Of a stretch of DNA of 64,000 nt, positions 21,290 through 32,000 are shown piece by piece. Under the pieces are notes generated by a model that had not been told where the DNA came from, ran no database searches, and saw nothing but the letters and a program-made list of their open reading frames with translations. This DNA comes from Lysobacterales bacterium. GTDB lineage: Bacteria; Pseudomonadota; Gammaproteobacteria; Xanthomonadales; SZUA-5. The position numbers and the translations under genes were made by a program. The stretch is taken from the NCBI GenBank assembly GCA_022844165.1, contig JALHMH010000004.1, positions 128,001-192,000 of the forward strand, in the 5' to 3' direction. The first letter of the stretch is position 1, and each line of letters starts with the position of its first letter.

Positions 21290-21363
21290 GAGCGCAGGTT
21301 CGTAGGTCGGGAAGCACAAGACTATCGGGTTCGCGGCGTTGCGAAATAGATCGCGCACGAAAC

Positions 21364-21566
21364 GGGCCGGGCTTTCAGCCCTTTGGAATGTGATGTGTTT
21401 GCAAACCTGGGGCGTTGCCCCAGGCTGGTATGGTCACGGGCCTTTGGCCCGTTCAAACTGTATAGGTGCCGTTCACGTGTTTTCCGCGCCAAAGGCGCAT
21501 CGCCATACCAGCCTGGCAACGCCCCAGGTTTGAGCATTGAGGGGGTGCGGGGGAGACTTCCCCCGC
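21364..21566. repeat. REP/BIME-like palindrome cluster
   Basis: Inverted pair AAACCTGGGGCGTTGCCCCAGGCTGGTATGG (21403-21433) and CCATACCAGCCTGGCAACGCCCCAGGTTT (21503-21531), plus small hairpins GGGCTTTCAGCCC, CGGGCCTTTGGCCCG, GCGCCAAAGGCGC and GCGGGGGAGACTTCCCCCGC. Confidence 0.75.
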
Positions 21567-21584
21567 TGTTCACTTGCGGGATGG

Positions 21585-22274
21585 TCAAACTCCAAGGGCG
21601 TAATCAACCGCGGCGCGAGAATGGATGCGCGTGGTGTCGAAGACCGGTACCGCGACATCGCTTTGCGACAGCAGCAACGGGATTTCGGTGCAGCCCAGGA
21701 CAATGCCCTCGGCGCCGCGCGCGATCAGGCGATCGATGATGTCCAGGTAGCCGTGTTTGGTTTGTGGCGTGACGATGCCGCAGCCCAATTCGTTGCGCAG
21801 CGTGTGCTGAACGAATGTCCGATCATCGAAATCTGGCACCAGGGATTCGATGCCTGAGGCGCGCAACTTGTCGTGGAAAAACGCCAGTTCCATGGTGAAC
21901 TTCGTACCCAGAAAACCCACTGTTTTGAGCGCTTTCGACGAAATTTCCTTTGCCGTCGCGTCCGCGATGTGGATCACCGGCAACTGCGTCGCCGACTGCA
22001 TTTCATCGGCGAGCGCGTGCGCCGTGTTGGCGCATAACACCAGCGCCTCAGCGCCCGCGGCCTTCAGATGCATGCACCCGCGCAACAGTATCGAATGCGT
22101 GCGTTCCCAGTCGTCCCAACCGTGCGTTTGCAACTCGCCGAAGTTCAGGGAGTAGATCACGCATTCGGCGAACTGCAGCCCGCCCAAGCGCGCGTTGATG
22201 CCTTCGTTGATGTATCGGTAGTAGTCGATAGTCGATACCCAACTCAGCCCGCCTAGCAGTCCCAGTTTTTTCAT
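21585..22274 (-). CDS. Aspartate/glutamate racemase family protein (YgeA/RacX-like)
   Basis: GLLGGLSW.ST..YY, CANTAH and GCTEIP catalytic Cys motifs, LGTKFTM. Confidence 0.9.
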   Translation of the reverse strand: MKKLGLLGGLSWVSTIDYYRYINEGINARLGGLQFAECVIYSLNFGELQTHGWDDWERTHSILLRGCMHLKAAGAEALVLCANTAHALADEMQSATQLPVIHIADATAKEISSKALKTVGFLGTKFTMELAFFHDKLRASGIESLVPDFDDRTFVQHTLRNELGCGIVTPQTKHGYLDIIDRLIARGAEGIVLGCTEIPLLLSQSDVAVPVFDTTRIHSRAAVDYALGV

Positions 22275-22510
22275 TCGCGTTTCCGATCTGGATACAGGAT
22301 CGAAGGTTCTGCGATCGCTGACTTGCGCGTCAAGCGCTTAGAGGCGCCGTGACGCGCCAGTTTCGTTGCGCCCACGCCACGGTGCGCGCTGGAGTTCAGG
22401 CCAAAGTGCCCCCAAACGGCGCGCTGGTGCGTTTCTTGGCAAAGCTTAATGGGTGCAACTGAGTTGCCGGGTTAAACTGCCGGGCATCGTCCAGGACCGG
22501 GCAGGTATGC

Positions 22511-23659
22511 ATGCTGACGAGTTGGGCCTTTGTGATCGCCTTGGCGGCGACGCCGCCGGACCCTGCGGCCGAGGTTGCGCCGCCGCTGCCGACGATCGAT
22601 GAGGTGATGCACATTCCAGAGCCGCTGGCGCAGGCGTTTGCGGCGAAGGTGACTGACCCAAAAGGCAGTCAGCATGATCGGCTGATCCGCCTCGTCAAGT
22701 TCCTGTTCGATGCCGAAGGCATGCACTTGAAGTACGTCGAAGACGCGAATTACACCGTAGCCCAGGTGTATCAGTATCGGCAAGCCAATTGTCTGAGTTT
22801 CAGTTTGCTGACGCTGGCTTTGGCGCGCAGGGCCGGCCTTGCTGCGTATGGGCAAGGGATTTCGGAGGTGCTGTATTGGTCTCAGGATCAAACAGCGACG
22901 TACCATTCGACGCACGTCAACGTTGGGGTTCCGCTGGGCAAGCGACGCTTCACCTTGGATGTTGCCGCCGGGCAAATCTTGACCGACGCGCCACCCAAAC
23001 GCATCAGCGACGCACGATTGTTCGCGCAGTTTTACGCTAACAAGTCGGCCGAGTATCTGGCTGTTGGCGATCTGCAAAGCTCAGAGCGATTCCTGCTGGA
23101 GGCCTTGCGCCTTGATGACGCGTATGCGCCCATCTGGAACAATCGAGGTGTGCTGGAGCGCCGCCGCGGTCAGAGTGATGTTGCTCGAGCCTACTTCGAG
23201 CATGCCTTGAAACTGCAGTCGGACAATGCTGGCGCTTTGTCGAATCTGGCCAATTTGTACGGCCGCCTGGGTGCAGCGGCCGAAGCGCAAAAACTGAACG
23301 ACAGGCTCACCCGGATGCAGGCGCGAAATCCGTTCTATCAGATGCAGATTGGGACCAATTTCGAGGCCCACGGCGATCTGGAACAGGCGCTTGTTCACTA
23401 CAAGAAAGCGATTCGATTGCGACCAGAAGAGCCGCGGTTTTATGCGCGTCTGGCACAGTTGCATCTCAAGCAGGGTAACGCGTCCTCGGCGCTCAGCGCG
23501 ATCAAGAATGCTTTTCAGCACGCCAAGGGCACTGCGCGAAACGCGTACCGGGCAAAATTCGAAGCGCTGCGCGAGCGAAGTGGTACGCAAGAGCGTTCAT
23601 TGGACGCACAGGAGCGTCGCAGGCAGTTCGGTCAATTGTCGTTGTCTGGCCGTTGGTGA
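22511..23659 (+). CDS. Secreted TPR protein with N-terminal transglutaminase-like (SirB1-like) domain
   Basis: Signal-like N-terminus, ANCLSF..HVN..LD putative triad, several TPR repeats (WNNRGVL, ALSNLA). Confidence 0.65.
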   Translation: MLTSWAFVIALAATPPDPAAEVAPPLPTIDEVMHIPEPLAQAFAAKVTDPKGSQHDRLIRLVKFLFDAEGMHLKYVEDANYTVAQVYQYRQANCLSFSLLTLALARRAGLAAYGQGISEVLYWSQDQTATYHSTHVNVGVPLGKRRFTLDVAAGQILTDAPPKRISDARLFAQFYANKSAEYLAVGDLQSSERFLLEALRLDDAYAPIWNNRGVLERRRGQSDVARAYFEHALKLQSDNAGALSNLANLYGRLGAAAEAQKLNDRLTRMQARNPFYQMQIGTNFEAHGDLEQALVHYKKAIRLRPEEPRFYARLAQLHLKQGNASSALSAIKNAFQHAKGTARNAYRAKFEALRERSGTQERSLDAQERRRQFGQLSLSGRW

Positions 23660-23667
23660 CGATCGGT

Positions 23668-24078
23668 TTATTGCGCGCGCCGGGCTCGAACCAAAATGCC
23701 GTTTGGTGTTTTCAGCATGAAGCCGCCGAACGAGCCCGTCTGTATCGAGATCGCATCGCCAGGCTTTAGCCGGTCCTTGTTCGTCTGTGCTGGCACAATC
23801 CATATTTGCCCGTTTGTGAGAACGACTCGGCGGCGGTTGTCGCGCATGACATCGATTGACTGGATGGCACCTTCAATGCTCTCGGGCGCGGGCGCTGGTT
23901 CGACTCGGCGCAACTGTTCGCCCGGGCTTAGACCGAATTGACTCTCGGGATCGACCGGCGTTCGTTCCCCAGGGAACAGGGCATCAAAACACGCAAGGCG
24001 TTCGCCTGGGCTTTCGATTCTGGCGCAGTCCTGCGGAGACTGAGTCGCCAGCAGTGCGGCAAACAGGTGAGTCAACAT
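23668..24078 (-). CDS. Secreted hypothetical protein
   Basis: CARI....RLACFD N-terminal motif, FGL, L.NGQIW, G.FG.F.L motifs typical of a small proteobacterial family; start trimmed to MLTHLF. Confidence 0.65.
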   Translation of the reverse strand: MLTHLFAALLATQSPQDCARIESPGERLACFDALFPGERTPVDPESQFGLSPGEQLRRVEPAPAPESIEGAIQSIDVMRDNRRRVVLTNGQIWIVPAQTNKDRLKPGDAISIQTGSFGGFMLKTPNGILVRARRAQ

Positions 24079-24209
24079 GAGGGTATGCCAGCTGGGAATG
24101 GAAGCGATGCTGCCGAGCGCACATCCCAAGTGTCAACTGCGCGGATGGCGAGCGCCGCGGACCGCAGATATGGTCAAATGCCGCACTCTGGGTTTTCGGC
24201 GTGTTTCCG

Positions 24210-25343
24210 ATGGCGCGCATACGCGTACTGCACTTCGTGACAGGTGGATTCTCCGGCGGCGCCACTCAGGTGGCGATCGCTCTGGTCGATGCGGCTCGTG
24301 CTGCGGGCAATATGGAACCACTCCTGGTGCTGCGTCGAAAACGGCGCACGCCGCCAGGTCGAATCGAAGAGCTGCAAGCGCGCGGAGTGCCGCTCGATGT
24401 TGTGCCGGGTTGGTCGCGACTGGCGACAATTTTGGCACTTGCGAAAATCTGTCGGCGTTTCAAGCCGGATGTACTGGTGGCGCATGGGTTTACGGAACAT
24501 TTGTGGGGCCGCTATGCGGGACTGATGGCGGGCGTTCGCTGTTTGGTTCAGGTGGAGCAAAACACTCGTGAGCGCTACCGCCGTTGGCATCTATGGCAAA
24601 CACGGTGGCTGGCGCAGCGCAGCGCTGCGCTGGTTGGGTGCTCCGAGGGTGTTCGCCAGGTGCTCCTGGCACAAGGGCTGCCGCCGGATCGGGCAATTGC
24701 CATTTCAAACGGCATCGACTTGACGCCGTTCGCATTGGCCGGCCAGTTCGTCTGGGCGGATCGTGAGCCTGCGATCGTCATGGTGGCGCGTTTTTCGCGG
24801 CAGAAAGATCATGCAACATTGCTACGCGCAGTCGCGTTGCTGCGAGGGCACGGGCTGCATCCAAAAGTCCGCTTGGCTGGCGGCGGCAAGCCGCTGCATC
24901 GCAAGCCAGTCGAGGCGCTCGCCGCGAAGCTCGGATTGTCTCAACAAGTGGAGTTCTTGGGTGTACATCGCGATGTGCCGGGTCTGCTCATGCGGCACCG
25001 CGTTTCGGTGCTGAGTACCCATTGGGAGGGTATGCCGTTGGCGCTGATCGAAGCGATGGCTGCTGGGTGCGCGGTGGTGGGTAGTGCTGTGCCGGGTGTG
25101 CGTGAAGTCGTGAAAGATGGCGAAGATGGGCGTTTGGTTGCGCCGCGCGACCCTGCTCAGCTCGCCGAAGTGTTGCGAGCGCTGCTTGCCGACGATGGGC
25201 CGGGCGCACTTTTGGCGCAAGCAGCTCGGCTTCGCGCGATCGCAGAGTCAGGTCGTGAACGCATGAACGCCAGATACGAAGCCTTGTTTCTGGGCTTGGC
25301 AAACGATAGCGGTATTCCGGGCGAGCTCAGGCATTCAAGCTGA
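24210..25343 (+). CDS. Glycosyltransferase family 4 (GT-B)
   Basis: GG.SGGA, KPDVLVAHG, NGID, ARFSRQKDH, EGMPLALIEAMAAG. Confidence 0.88.
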   Translation: MARIRVLHFVTGGFSGGATQVAIALVDAARAAGNMEPLLVLRRKRRTPPGRIEELQARGVPLDVVPGWSRLATILALAKICRRFKPDVLVAHGFTEHLWGRYAGLMAGVRCLVQVEQNTRERYRRWHLWQTRWLAQRSAALVGCSEGVRQVLLAQGLPPDRAIAISNGIDLTPFALAGQFVWADREPAIVMVARFSRQKDHATLLRAVALLRGHGLHPKVRLAGGGKPLHRKPVEALAAKLGLSQQVEFLGVHRDVPGLLMRHRVSVLSTHWEGMPLALIEAMAAGCAVVGSAVPGVREVVKDGEDGRLVAPRDPAQLAEVLRALLADDGPGALLAQAARLRAIAESGRERMNARYEALFLGLANDSGIPGELRHSS

Positions 25344-25392
25344 TCTCGGCGTGCCAGCGGAGCGCCGTTGGCGCTCCGCTGAAACACGGTGG

Positions 25393-26475
25393 TTACCAAC
25401 TCTCTTCGAAGGAGCAGAACTTCTTCTCGCGCCGTGCCGGATCCTGGCCGAAGGCTCTGTTGCTGCACTCGACGCCGTCACGGAAACGGCGCACGATGTG
25501 TCTGCCATCTTCCGCCGAGTAGCGCACGTTTCGGGTTCCCCGAAACTCGCAATAGTCGTTCTCGCGTGCGCAATAGACCCAATGGCCGCCACCCCAGTCG
25601 CTGCCACCGAAACCGCCATCGGTTTGGTAGTCGCAGGCTTTTTTGTCCCCGGGAGCGGGGTCGCCGAAGGTGCGGTTGTCGCAAGAGTGAGCGCCGCGCG
25701 GAAGTCGCCTGAAGGTATATCGCCCGTTTGCCCCATAGCGCACAGTGGCAGAGGTCGGCAGCTGGCAACTGCGTCCTTCGCGTGCGCAGTAAGTCCATTG
25801 CCCACCCCACTGATAGTCTCCGCCGCCATAGTAGCCGTCATCGTATCCAGGCTGACCGCCGCCGTATCCAGGCTGACCGTGGGTCACTAGCACATCGCAG
25901 TATTTTCTCGATCGTGGTGCGGGATCGCCAAAGGTCTCGTTGCCGCAGAACACTGATCCGCCGCGTACCTGACGCTCATAGAAGCGGCCATCGGCACCGT
26001 AACGCACCGTTGCGAACGCGCCGCCGAAGCGACAGTTCTCGCCTTCGCGCGCGCACCGTTGCCAACCATCCGAATCCCAGTGGTCGTCGGGGTAGCCGCC
26101 GCCATGGCCGCCATGGTCGAAATAGCGCAACTCGCAGGACTTCTTGGTGCCGGGTGCCGGATCGCTGAACATCCGATTGTCGCAATCCAGAGTGGCGAAA
26201 TTCACTTCGCGATACACATAACGGCCGCGCGCGCCGTAGCGTACTACGGCCCAGCCATCCGCCGTGCAACGGTCGCCTTCGCGCGCGCAGTATTCCCACT
26301 CGCCGTAGGCGCCGTAGCTGCCGCGTTTTGCGCCACCGGCTTGTACCGGATCTGAGCCGGATTGATCGCCGATAAAACCTCTTCTCGGCTGAGCGACTCC
26401 CTGCGTTCCGATGAATAGCGCCAGTAGCGCAACCAAGAAGACATCGAACCGAAACGAATCTCTAAACATCGGCAT
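25393..26475 (-). CDS. Secreted protein with four Cys-rich repeats resembling SUEL/rhamnose-binding lectin domains
   Basis: Signal peptide; 4x W..CARE...C.....VRY(G/S)A.GR...R......C.N..F(G/S)DPA....K.C separated by Gly/Tyr-rich linkers. Confidence 0.7.
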   Translation of the reverse strand: MPMFRDSFRFDVFLVALLALFIGTQGVAQPRRGFIGDQSGSDPVQAGGAKRGSYGAYGEWEYCAREGDRCTADGWAVVRYGARGRYVYREVNFATLDCDNRMFSDPAPGTKKSCELRYFDHGGHGGGYPDDHWDSDGWQRCAREGENCRFGGAFATVRYGADGRFYERQVRGGSVFCGNETFGDPAPRSRKYCDVLVTHGQPGYGGGQPGYDDGYYGGGDYQWGGQWTYCAREGRSCQLPTSATVRYGANGRYTFRRLPRGAHSCDNRTFGDPAPGDKKACDYQTDGGFGGSDWGGGHWVYCARENDYCEFRGTRNVRYSAEDGRHIVRRFRDGVECSNRAFGQDPARREKKFCSFEESW

Positions 26476-26609
26476 TTCTCCCCGAGCAGACGGATGCGAA
26501 CCAAGTTCGCCTGGATGCTTTCATATCACAGGGCGCAAAGCGATCCCAGGCTTGAAACGAACGATCCGCGTCACCGGTCGAACGGAAGGTGAACAGTCGG
26601 ACGGTCGCT

Positions 26610-28457
26610 TCACTGCGCCGTTTCTGTGTCGCCTCGCGAAGACTGGCGCAGACGCACTTTCGCCAAGGCGCGGTCGAACTTCTGTCGTTCCGGGTGATCG
26701 GCGGGATAGCTGACTTCGATCACGGGCCGGGCGCGTTCTAGTTCTGATGCGGCCAGTTCGAGCGCACCTTGCGCCATCGCTACTTCGGCACGCAGCCATG
26801 CTGCTTCGGCCTGACGTTCGGGTGAAAACTGCTGGCGATGTGATTGGTGCAGTTGTACAACTTCGGCCCATGCGGCAGCTGCGCCGTCCAGATCGCCCAG
26901 GTGCATCAAGGCGCGTGCGCGTTGGCGTTGAACGTTTTCGGTGTCGCCAATCGAGACGGTGCCGGCAAGCGCACGGGCACTGGCGAGATCGAGAAGCTGT
27001 CGGGCGCGCTCGGTTTCGCCCAAACCTGCCAATGTGGCCGCGATGCTGGAAAGCGCGTTCAGTGCAGGCCCGGAGGGTGTACTCAGATGCGCCGCTTCGA
27101 TCCGTTGCGCCAACATCAATGCGGTCTCGCGGTGATCAACGATCAGCGCCCACAGTCGCAAAGCGTCGATTGTCTCCGAGGCCGTCAGTGCGGCGCCGAT
27201 TCTCAGCGCTCGATCGAGCACGATTTGCGCGTCTTCGAATCGACCCAGATTGATCAACCCGGCCGCCAACTCGCTGGAGGCCTCAAGGACAAGGGCCGGC
27301 GGCGCGTCTTTTCGGTTGGCAAGCACACTCGCGGCAGCCAGCAATAAATCGCCCGCGGGTGGCTCCCGCCCGCGATAACGATCCGGACTGACCGCCGAAA
27401 TCACATCGATCAGAGTCGCCAGATGGGCGCGGGCTTGTGCCGCCTCGTGTGCGGCTACCCGGGCCTGATAAGCAAAGCCGATGCCACCGACCGCTAACGC
27501 CGCCGCCACGGTGCCGCCTGCCAGGAGGGGCCATCGATGGATGCGCGCGAAGGCCATCGTCCGCTCACGACGACTGTCGATGCCGCTGCGCAGCGGTTTT
27601 CCGGCTCGCGCATCGCGTAGATCGTCGGCCAGGGCAGTGGCACTGGGATACCGCGCGGTCGCCTGTTCGTGGGTGGCGCGATCAGCGATGCGCTTTGCGC
27701 TGGCCGTCAGTTCGTCGCCCAACAGCTCTGCGATCAGTCGACCGATGGCGTACACATCGACAGCTGTTGTGGCGATCTCTCCCCGATGCTGCTCTGGCGC
27801 AGCGTATCGCGGGGTCATGGGCCGCAGATCGGTCAATGTGGCGCATTGGTCCGAGTCGTCTTCCAGCTTGGCGATTCCAAAATCCAGCAGCCGCGGATGG
27901 CCGTCGCTGGCCAACATGACGTTGCCTGGCTTGATATCGCGGTGAATGACCAGTGCCGCATGAGCGTATGCCACGGCTTCGCAAAGTTCGATGAGAATGC
28001 CCAGGCGCTGATCGACCGACAAACGCAGCCGTGCTTCCATCAACGTGGTGCCGTCGATCAGCTCCATCGCCAACCAGGGTTGGCCATCGCGATCGATGCC
28101 GCCGTCCAACAGCTTCGCGATGTGTGGATGCTGAAGGCGCGACAGGATTGCGCGTTCGCGTGCAAAGCGCTGCGCACGTTCAGGGCCAAGGCCGTGGTGC
28201 ATCCGTTTGAGCGCGACCGCCTGTTCGAATGCACCATCGTCGCGTCGCGCCAGGTACACCACGCCCATCCCGCCGCGGCCAAGTTCTTTTTCGATACGGT
28301 ACGGACCAATTCGCGCTGGACTGGCTTGATCTAACAGCGCCAACAACTCCTCATGCAGGTCGCTGTCGACTTGAGCCAGCGCGGCGCTTCTGAGAGGCAA
28401 TGGCACATCGAGCAATCGATGGAAGGCGTTGCGCAAACGATCGAAGCGCGCGTCCAT
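26610..28457 (-). CDS. Hanks-type Ser/Thr protein kinase with TM and TPR-like C-terminus
   Basis: LGRGGMGVVY, VALK, HRDIKPGN, DFGIAK, TPRYAAPEQ, DVYAIG. Confidence 0.9.
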   Translation of the reverse strand: MDARFDRLRNAFHRLLDVPLPLRSAALAQVDSDLHEELLALLDQASPARIGPYRIEKELGRGGMGVVYLARRDDGAFEQAVALKRMHHGLGPERAQRFARERAILSRLQHPHIAKLLDGGIDRDGQPWLAMELIDGTTLMEARLRLSVDQRLGILIELCEAVAYAHAALVIHRDIKPGNVMLASDGHPRLLDFGIAKLEDDSDQCATLTDLRPMTPRYAAPEQHRGEIATTAVDVYAIGRLIAELLGDELTASAKRIADRATHEQATARYPSATALADDLRDARAGKPLRSGIDSRRERTMAFARIHRWPLLAGGTVAAALAVGGIGFAYQARVAAHEAAQARAHLATLIDVISAVSPDRYRGREPPAGDLLLAAASVLANRKDAPPALVLEASSELAAGLINLGRFEDAQIVLDRALRIGAALTASETIDALRLWALIVDHRETALMLAQRIEAAHLSTPSGPALNALSSIAATLAGLGETERARQLLDLASARALAGTVSIGDTENVQRQRARALMHLGDLDGAAAAWAEVVQLHQSHRQQFSPERQAEAAWLRAEVAMAQGALELAASELERARPVIEVSYPADHPERQKFDRALAKVRLRQSSRGDTETAQ

Positions 28458-28459
28458 GG

Positions 28460-29014
28460 TCAAGACAATCGCTGCGCCAGCCACGCCCTTGCAAACGCAT
28501 AATCGCGATACACGGTGCGTTCGTCGATGTCGAGCAACGCGGCCACCTCGCCGACCTCAAGGCCCCCGAAGTACCGCAGTTCGACGATGCTCGCGACACG
28601 GGCATCCGCCAGGCCCAGATCGGCGAGCGCCGCGTCGAGGTCAAGCAGATCGTGAGTTGCATCGATGGCAACCGGCATCCACTGAGTGATGTCGACGCGC
28701 TGCCAGTCGCCGCCGCGCTTTTCGCGTCCGATCGCGCGTGCCCGATCGATCAGCAGTTGCCGCATCACTTTGGCGGCGGTGGTGAAAAAATGCTTGCGGT
28801 TCTGCAGATTCAGCGATTGCGCGCCGATCAGTTTGAGCAGAGCGTCGTGCACCAGGGCGGTGGGTTGCAGGGTCGCATGATGGTCCTTGCCACGCAGGGC
28901 GCTGGCCGCGAGCTGTCGAAGCTGCCCGTATACGGCGGGCACAAGCCGGGCAAACGCGTCCGCATCGCCTTGTTGCCACGCACTAAGCCAGGTCGTGATC
29001 TCGTTGTCATGCAT
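28460..29014 (-). CDS. ECF-type sigma factor (kinase-associated, ECF43-like)
   Basis: ITTWL.AW..GD, VY.QLR.LA, TLQPTALVHD, HFF..AA..MR..LID.AR, VELRYFGGL; abuts the kinase gene. Confidence 0.88.
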   Translation of the reverse strand: MHDNEITTWLSAWQQGDADAFARLVPAVYGQLRQLAASALRGKDHHATLQPTALVHDALLKLIGAQSLNLQNRKHFFTTAAKVMRQLLIDRARAIGREKRGGDWQRVDITQWMPVAIDATHDLLDLDAALADLGLADARVASIVELRYFGGLEVGEVAALLDIDERTVYRDYAFARAWLAQRLS

Positions 29015-29031
29015 GTTTCGATGACCGCTCG

Positions 29032-32000
29032 TCATTTTGGAACCACGATTCGCGGCGCGTTGGCCGCATCCAGTGCAGCTTCCAATTGCGCTAACTCAGT
29101 GGTTCGCAGCGTCGCCAGCGCGCGCTCAATGGCGTTTAGTTCTGCGAGCAGTTGATCGCGTCGCGTCGTCATGCCCTGCGTCGGCGCGTGGTCGCTATCT
29201 TGCGTCCACGAATACAGCGGCGCCAGTTGCGAATGCAGCATGGCGCCGCCTTCGTGGCCGGTCAGAATGTCGTAGACCACTTCGGCTTTGGGATTGTGCA
29301 ATCGCGATTCGATGGCGCTCACGGCAGTGAGCAGCTTTTGCGCAGCGGCGGAAATCTCTGCGTGATTGACGTGCCGCAGCCTCAGATCCGCGGCTTGTTG
29401 GTGCACGGCTTTGGTCGTTTCGATGAGCGTCGTCGTGCGATCAAGCGCGTCGCGTAACGACAACGCAAACGCTTGATTGGCGCGCAACGCCGCCGCGTCT
29501 GCCGGCGAACGTGGATCGGCTCTGACTTCGACGCTGCCGTCGATGCGCTTGCCATCCACCGTCAAGCGCAACGTGTAGACACCCGGCAGCGCCAGTGGCC
29601 CCAGATCCGGATTGCCAAGATCGACCTTGGTAGCGAAACGCCGTGCTCCCTCCAGTCGCAGGTCCCACACCGCTTGTTGCAAGCCGATACGCTTGCTCAA
29701 CGCCGGCTTGGGTTCTTCTTCGGGTTCATCGGGGTCGTCGCCCGCATATCTGGCAGGTACTGGTTTCGACGACAGCGTCCGCAGTGTGCGGCCGTCGGCG
29801 TCGAGGATGCTCAGGCTGATCTCGTCTTTCGGTTCAACGCCCAACCAGTAGCGAATGATCGCGCCATCCGGCGGATTGGGTAACGCACCGCGGGCGAGAA
29901 AATCCCAGCGCGCCTCGCTGCGAAACCGATGCCCCACAGCACCGGGCAACAGCGCCACATTTTGTGCGCGTGCGGCGGGCAGGGCGCGTAAGCTGGCCAG
30001 ACCTTCCAAGACCCAGAACGATCGGCCTCTCGTGGCGACGATCAGATCGCCATGTTTGACTTCAAGATCGGTCACTGTCACGCGCGGCAGGTTCAGCGTC
30101 AGATCCGCCCAGTTGCCGCCGCCATTGTGCGAGTACCAGATGCCGCGGTCGGTGCCCAAATACAGAACATTGGCATCGTCGCGATCTTCGCGCAGCACCC
30201 ACAGCGGCAGATCGTCCGGCAATCCGGTGCTCACACTTTGCCAACTGCGGCCAAAATCGCGTGTGCGGAACAGGTACGGCCGGAAATCATCCATGCGATA
30301 GCGATGGACGACAACGTACGCAGTTCCAGCCGACACCCGCGATGGTTCGATGAACTCGACAGTGCCCCATTCAGGCATTCCTTTGGGGGTGATGTTGGAC
30401 CAGCTGGCGCCGGCATCGCGACTGAGGTGAACCAGGCCATCGTCGCTGCCCACCCAGATTTCGCCTGCGGTCACCGGCGATTCGGCAATCGAAAAAATCG
30501 TGCCGTAGGTTTCAACGCCCGTGATGTCCCCGGTGATCGGCCCACCTGTCCACTGTTGTTTGCTGGTGTCGTTGCGCGTCAGGTCGCCGCTGATGGTGCT
30601 CCAGCTCTGACCTTGATCGTTGCTGCGGAACAGCACATTGGCGCCGTGGTAAACCACTTTCAGATTGTGCGGCGAGGCGGCCAGTGGCGCGGTCCACTGG
30701 AAGCGGTAATCGAGCTTCTCGGGCGCCATGCCGGAAGGATTGGCCGGCCACGCGCTGATGTTGCGGATTTGGCCCGTGCCGATGATCGTGTGCGAGAGAT
30801 AACCGCCGTATTCGCCGGCGTAGATGCCGCCTGGCGTACTCGGATCGAACAGCACATCGCCGGCTTCGCCGCCGCCGATCATGAGCCAGTTGCCGAGCGG
30901 ATTGTCGCCATTGACCAACGAGCGCGATGGTCCCATCGCGGTGCCCCAATCCTGAATCGTGCCGGCGATCCGATAGGGAATGCTGTCGTCCACATCGAGA
31001 TTGTAGATTTGCGCCAATGGCAGCGGCGGCGTGTACCAGGTCTTGCCGCCATCCAGCGTGATGTCGAGGCCACCATCGTTGCCGCTGATCAGGCGCTTTG
31101 GATTGCTGGGATCGATCCAGATGTCGTGATGATCGCCGTGATGCGGTCCGGACACTTGATGCACGGTCTTGCCGCCATCGATGCTGCGCAGCAAAGGAAC
31201 CTGCGGGAACCAGATCACATCCGCGTTGGTTGGATCGATGGTCAGTACCGTGTAATACCAGGCGCGCTGTTGCAACGAGCGGTGGGTATTGATGCGTTTC
31301 CAGGAACTGCCAGCGTCGTCGGAGCGGAACAATCCGCCCTGTTCTGCTTCGATCAAGGCGTACACGCGTTGCGCATCGCTCGGTGCCACACGCACGCCGA
31401 CCTTGCCCCAATCGCCCTCTGGCAGGCCGGCTTCCGTCAGCTGAGTCCAGGTATCGCCACCGTCGATGGAACGATACAAACCGCCGCCTGGCCCGCCGCT
31501 GGTGGCAATCCAGGGCGAACGGCGGAACTGCCACAGACCTGCGTAGACGATGTTGGGGTGTTGCGGATCGAGTGCCACGTCAGAGGCGCCGGTATCGGCG
31601 TCCTTCTTCAACACCAACTGCCAGCTGCGGCCGCCATCGCTCGTGCGGTAGACGCCGCGTTCTGCGCCCGGCCCGAATGGCGAACCCAACACCGCTGCAT
31701 AGGCAATGTTCGGATCGCGCGGGTGAACGACCATCGTGCCGACCTGGCCGCGCCCTTTCCAGACATGTGTCCAGTTCTGGCCCGCATCGATCGATTTCCA
31801 GATGCCCAGGCCGATCGCCACATTGCCCCTTGGATTGGCCTCGCCGCCGCCGACATAAATGACATTAGGATCGCTCGGCGCGACGGCGATCGAACCGATC
31901 GACTGGCTGATTTCTTTGTCGAAAATCGGCGCCCAGTCCCGGCCATCGTTGTTGCTCTTCCAGACGCCGCCCTGGGCTGCAGCCGCGTACAACACTTGCG

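Noticed and set aside
25844-25880. Short direct repeat GTATCCAGGCTGACCG at 21-bp spacing
   Set aside because: Encodes the GQPGY linker repeat inside the lectin-like CDS.
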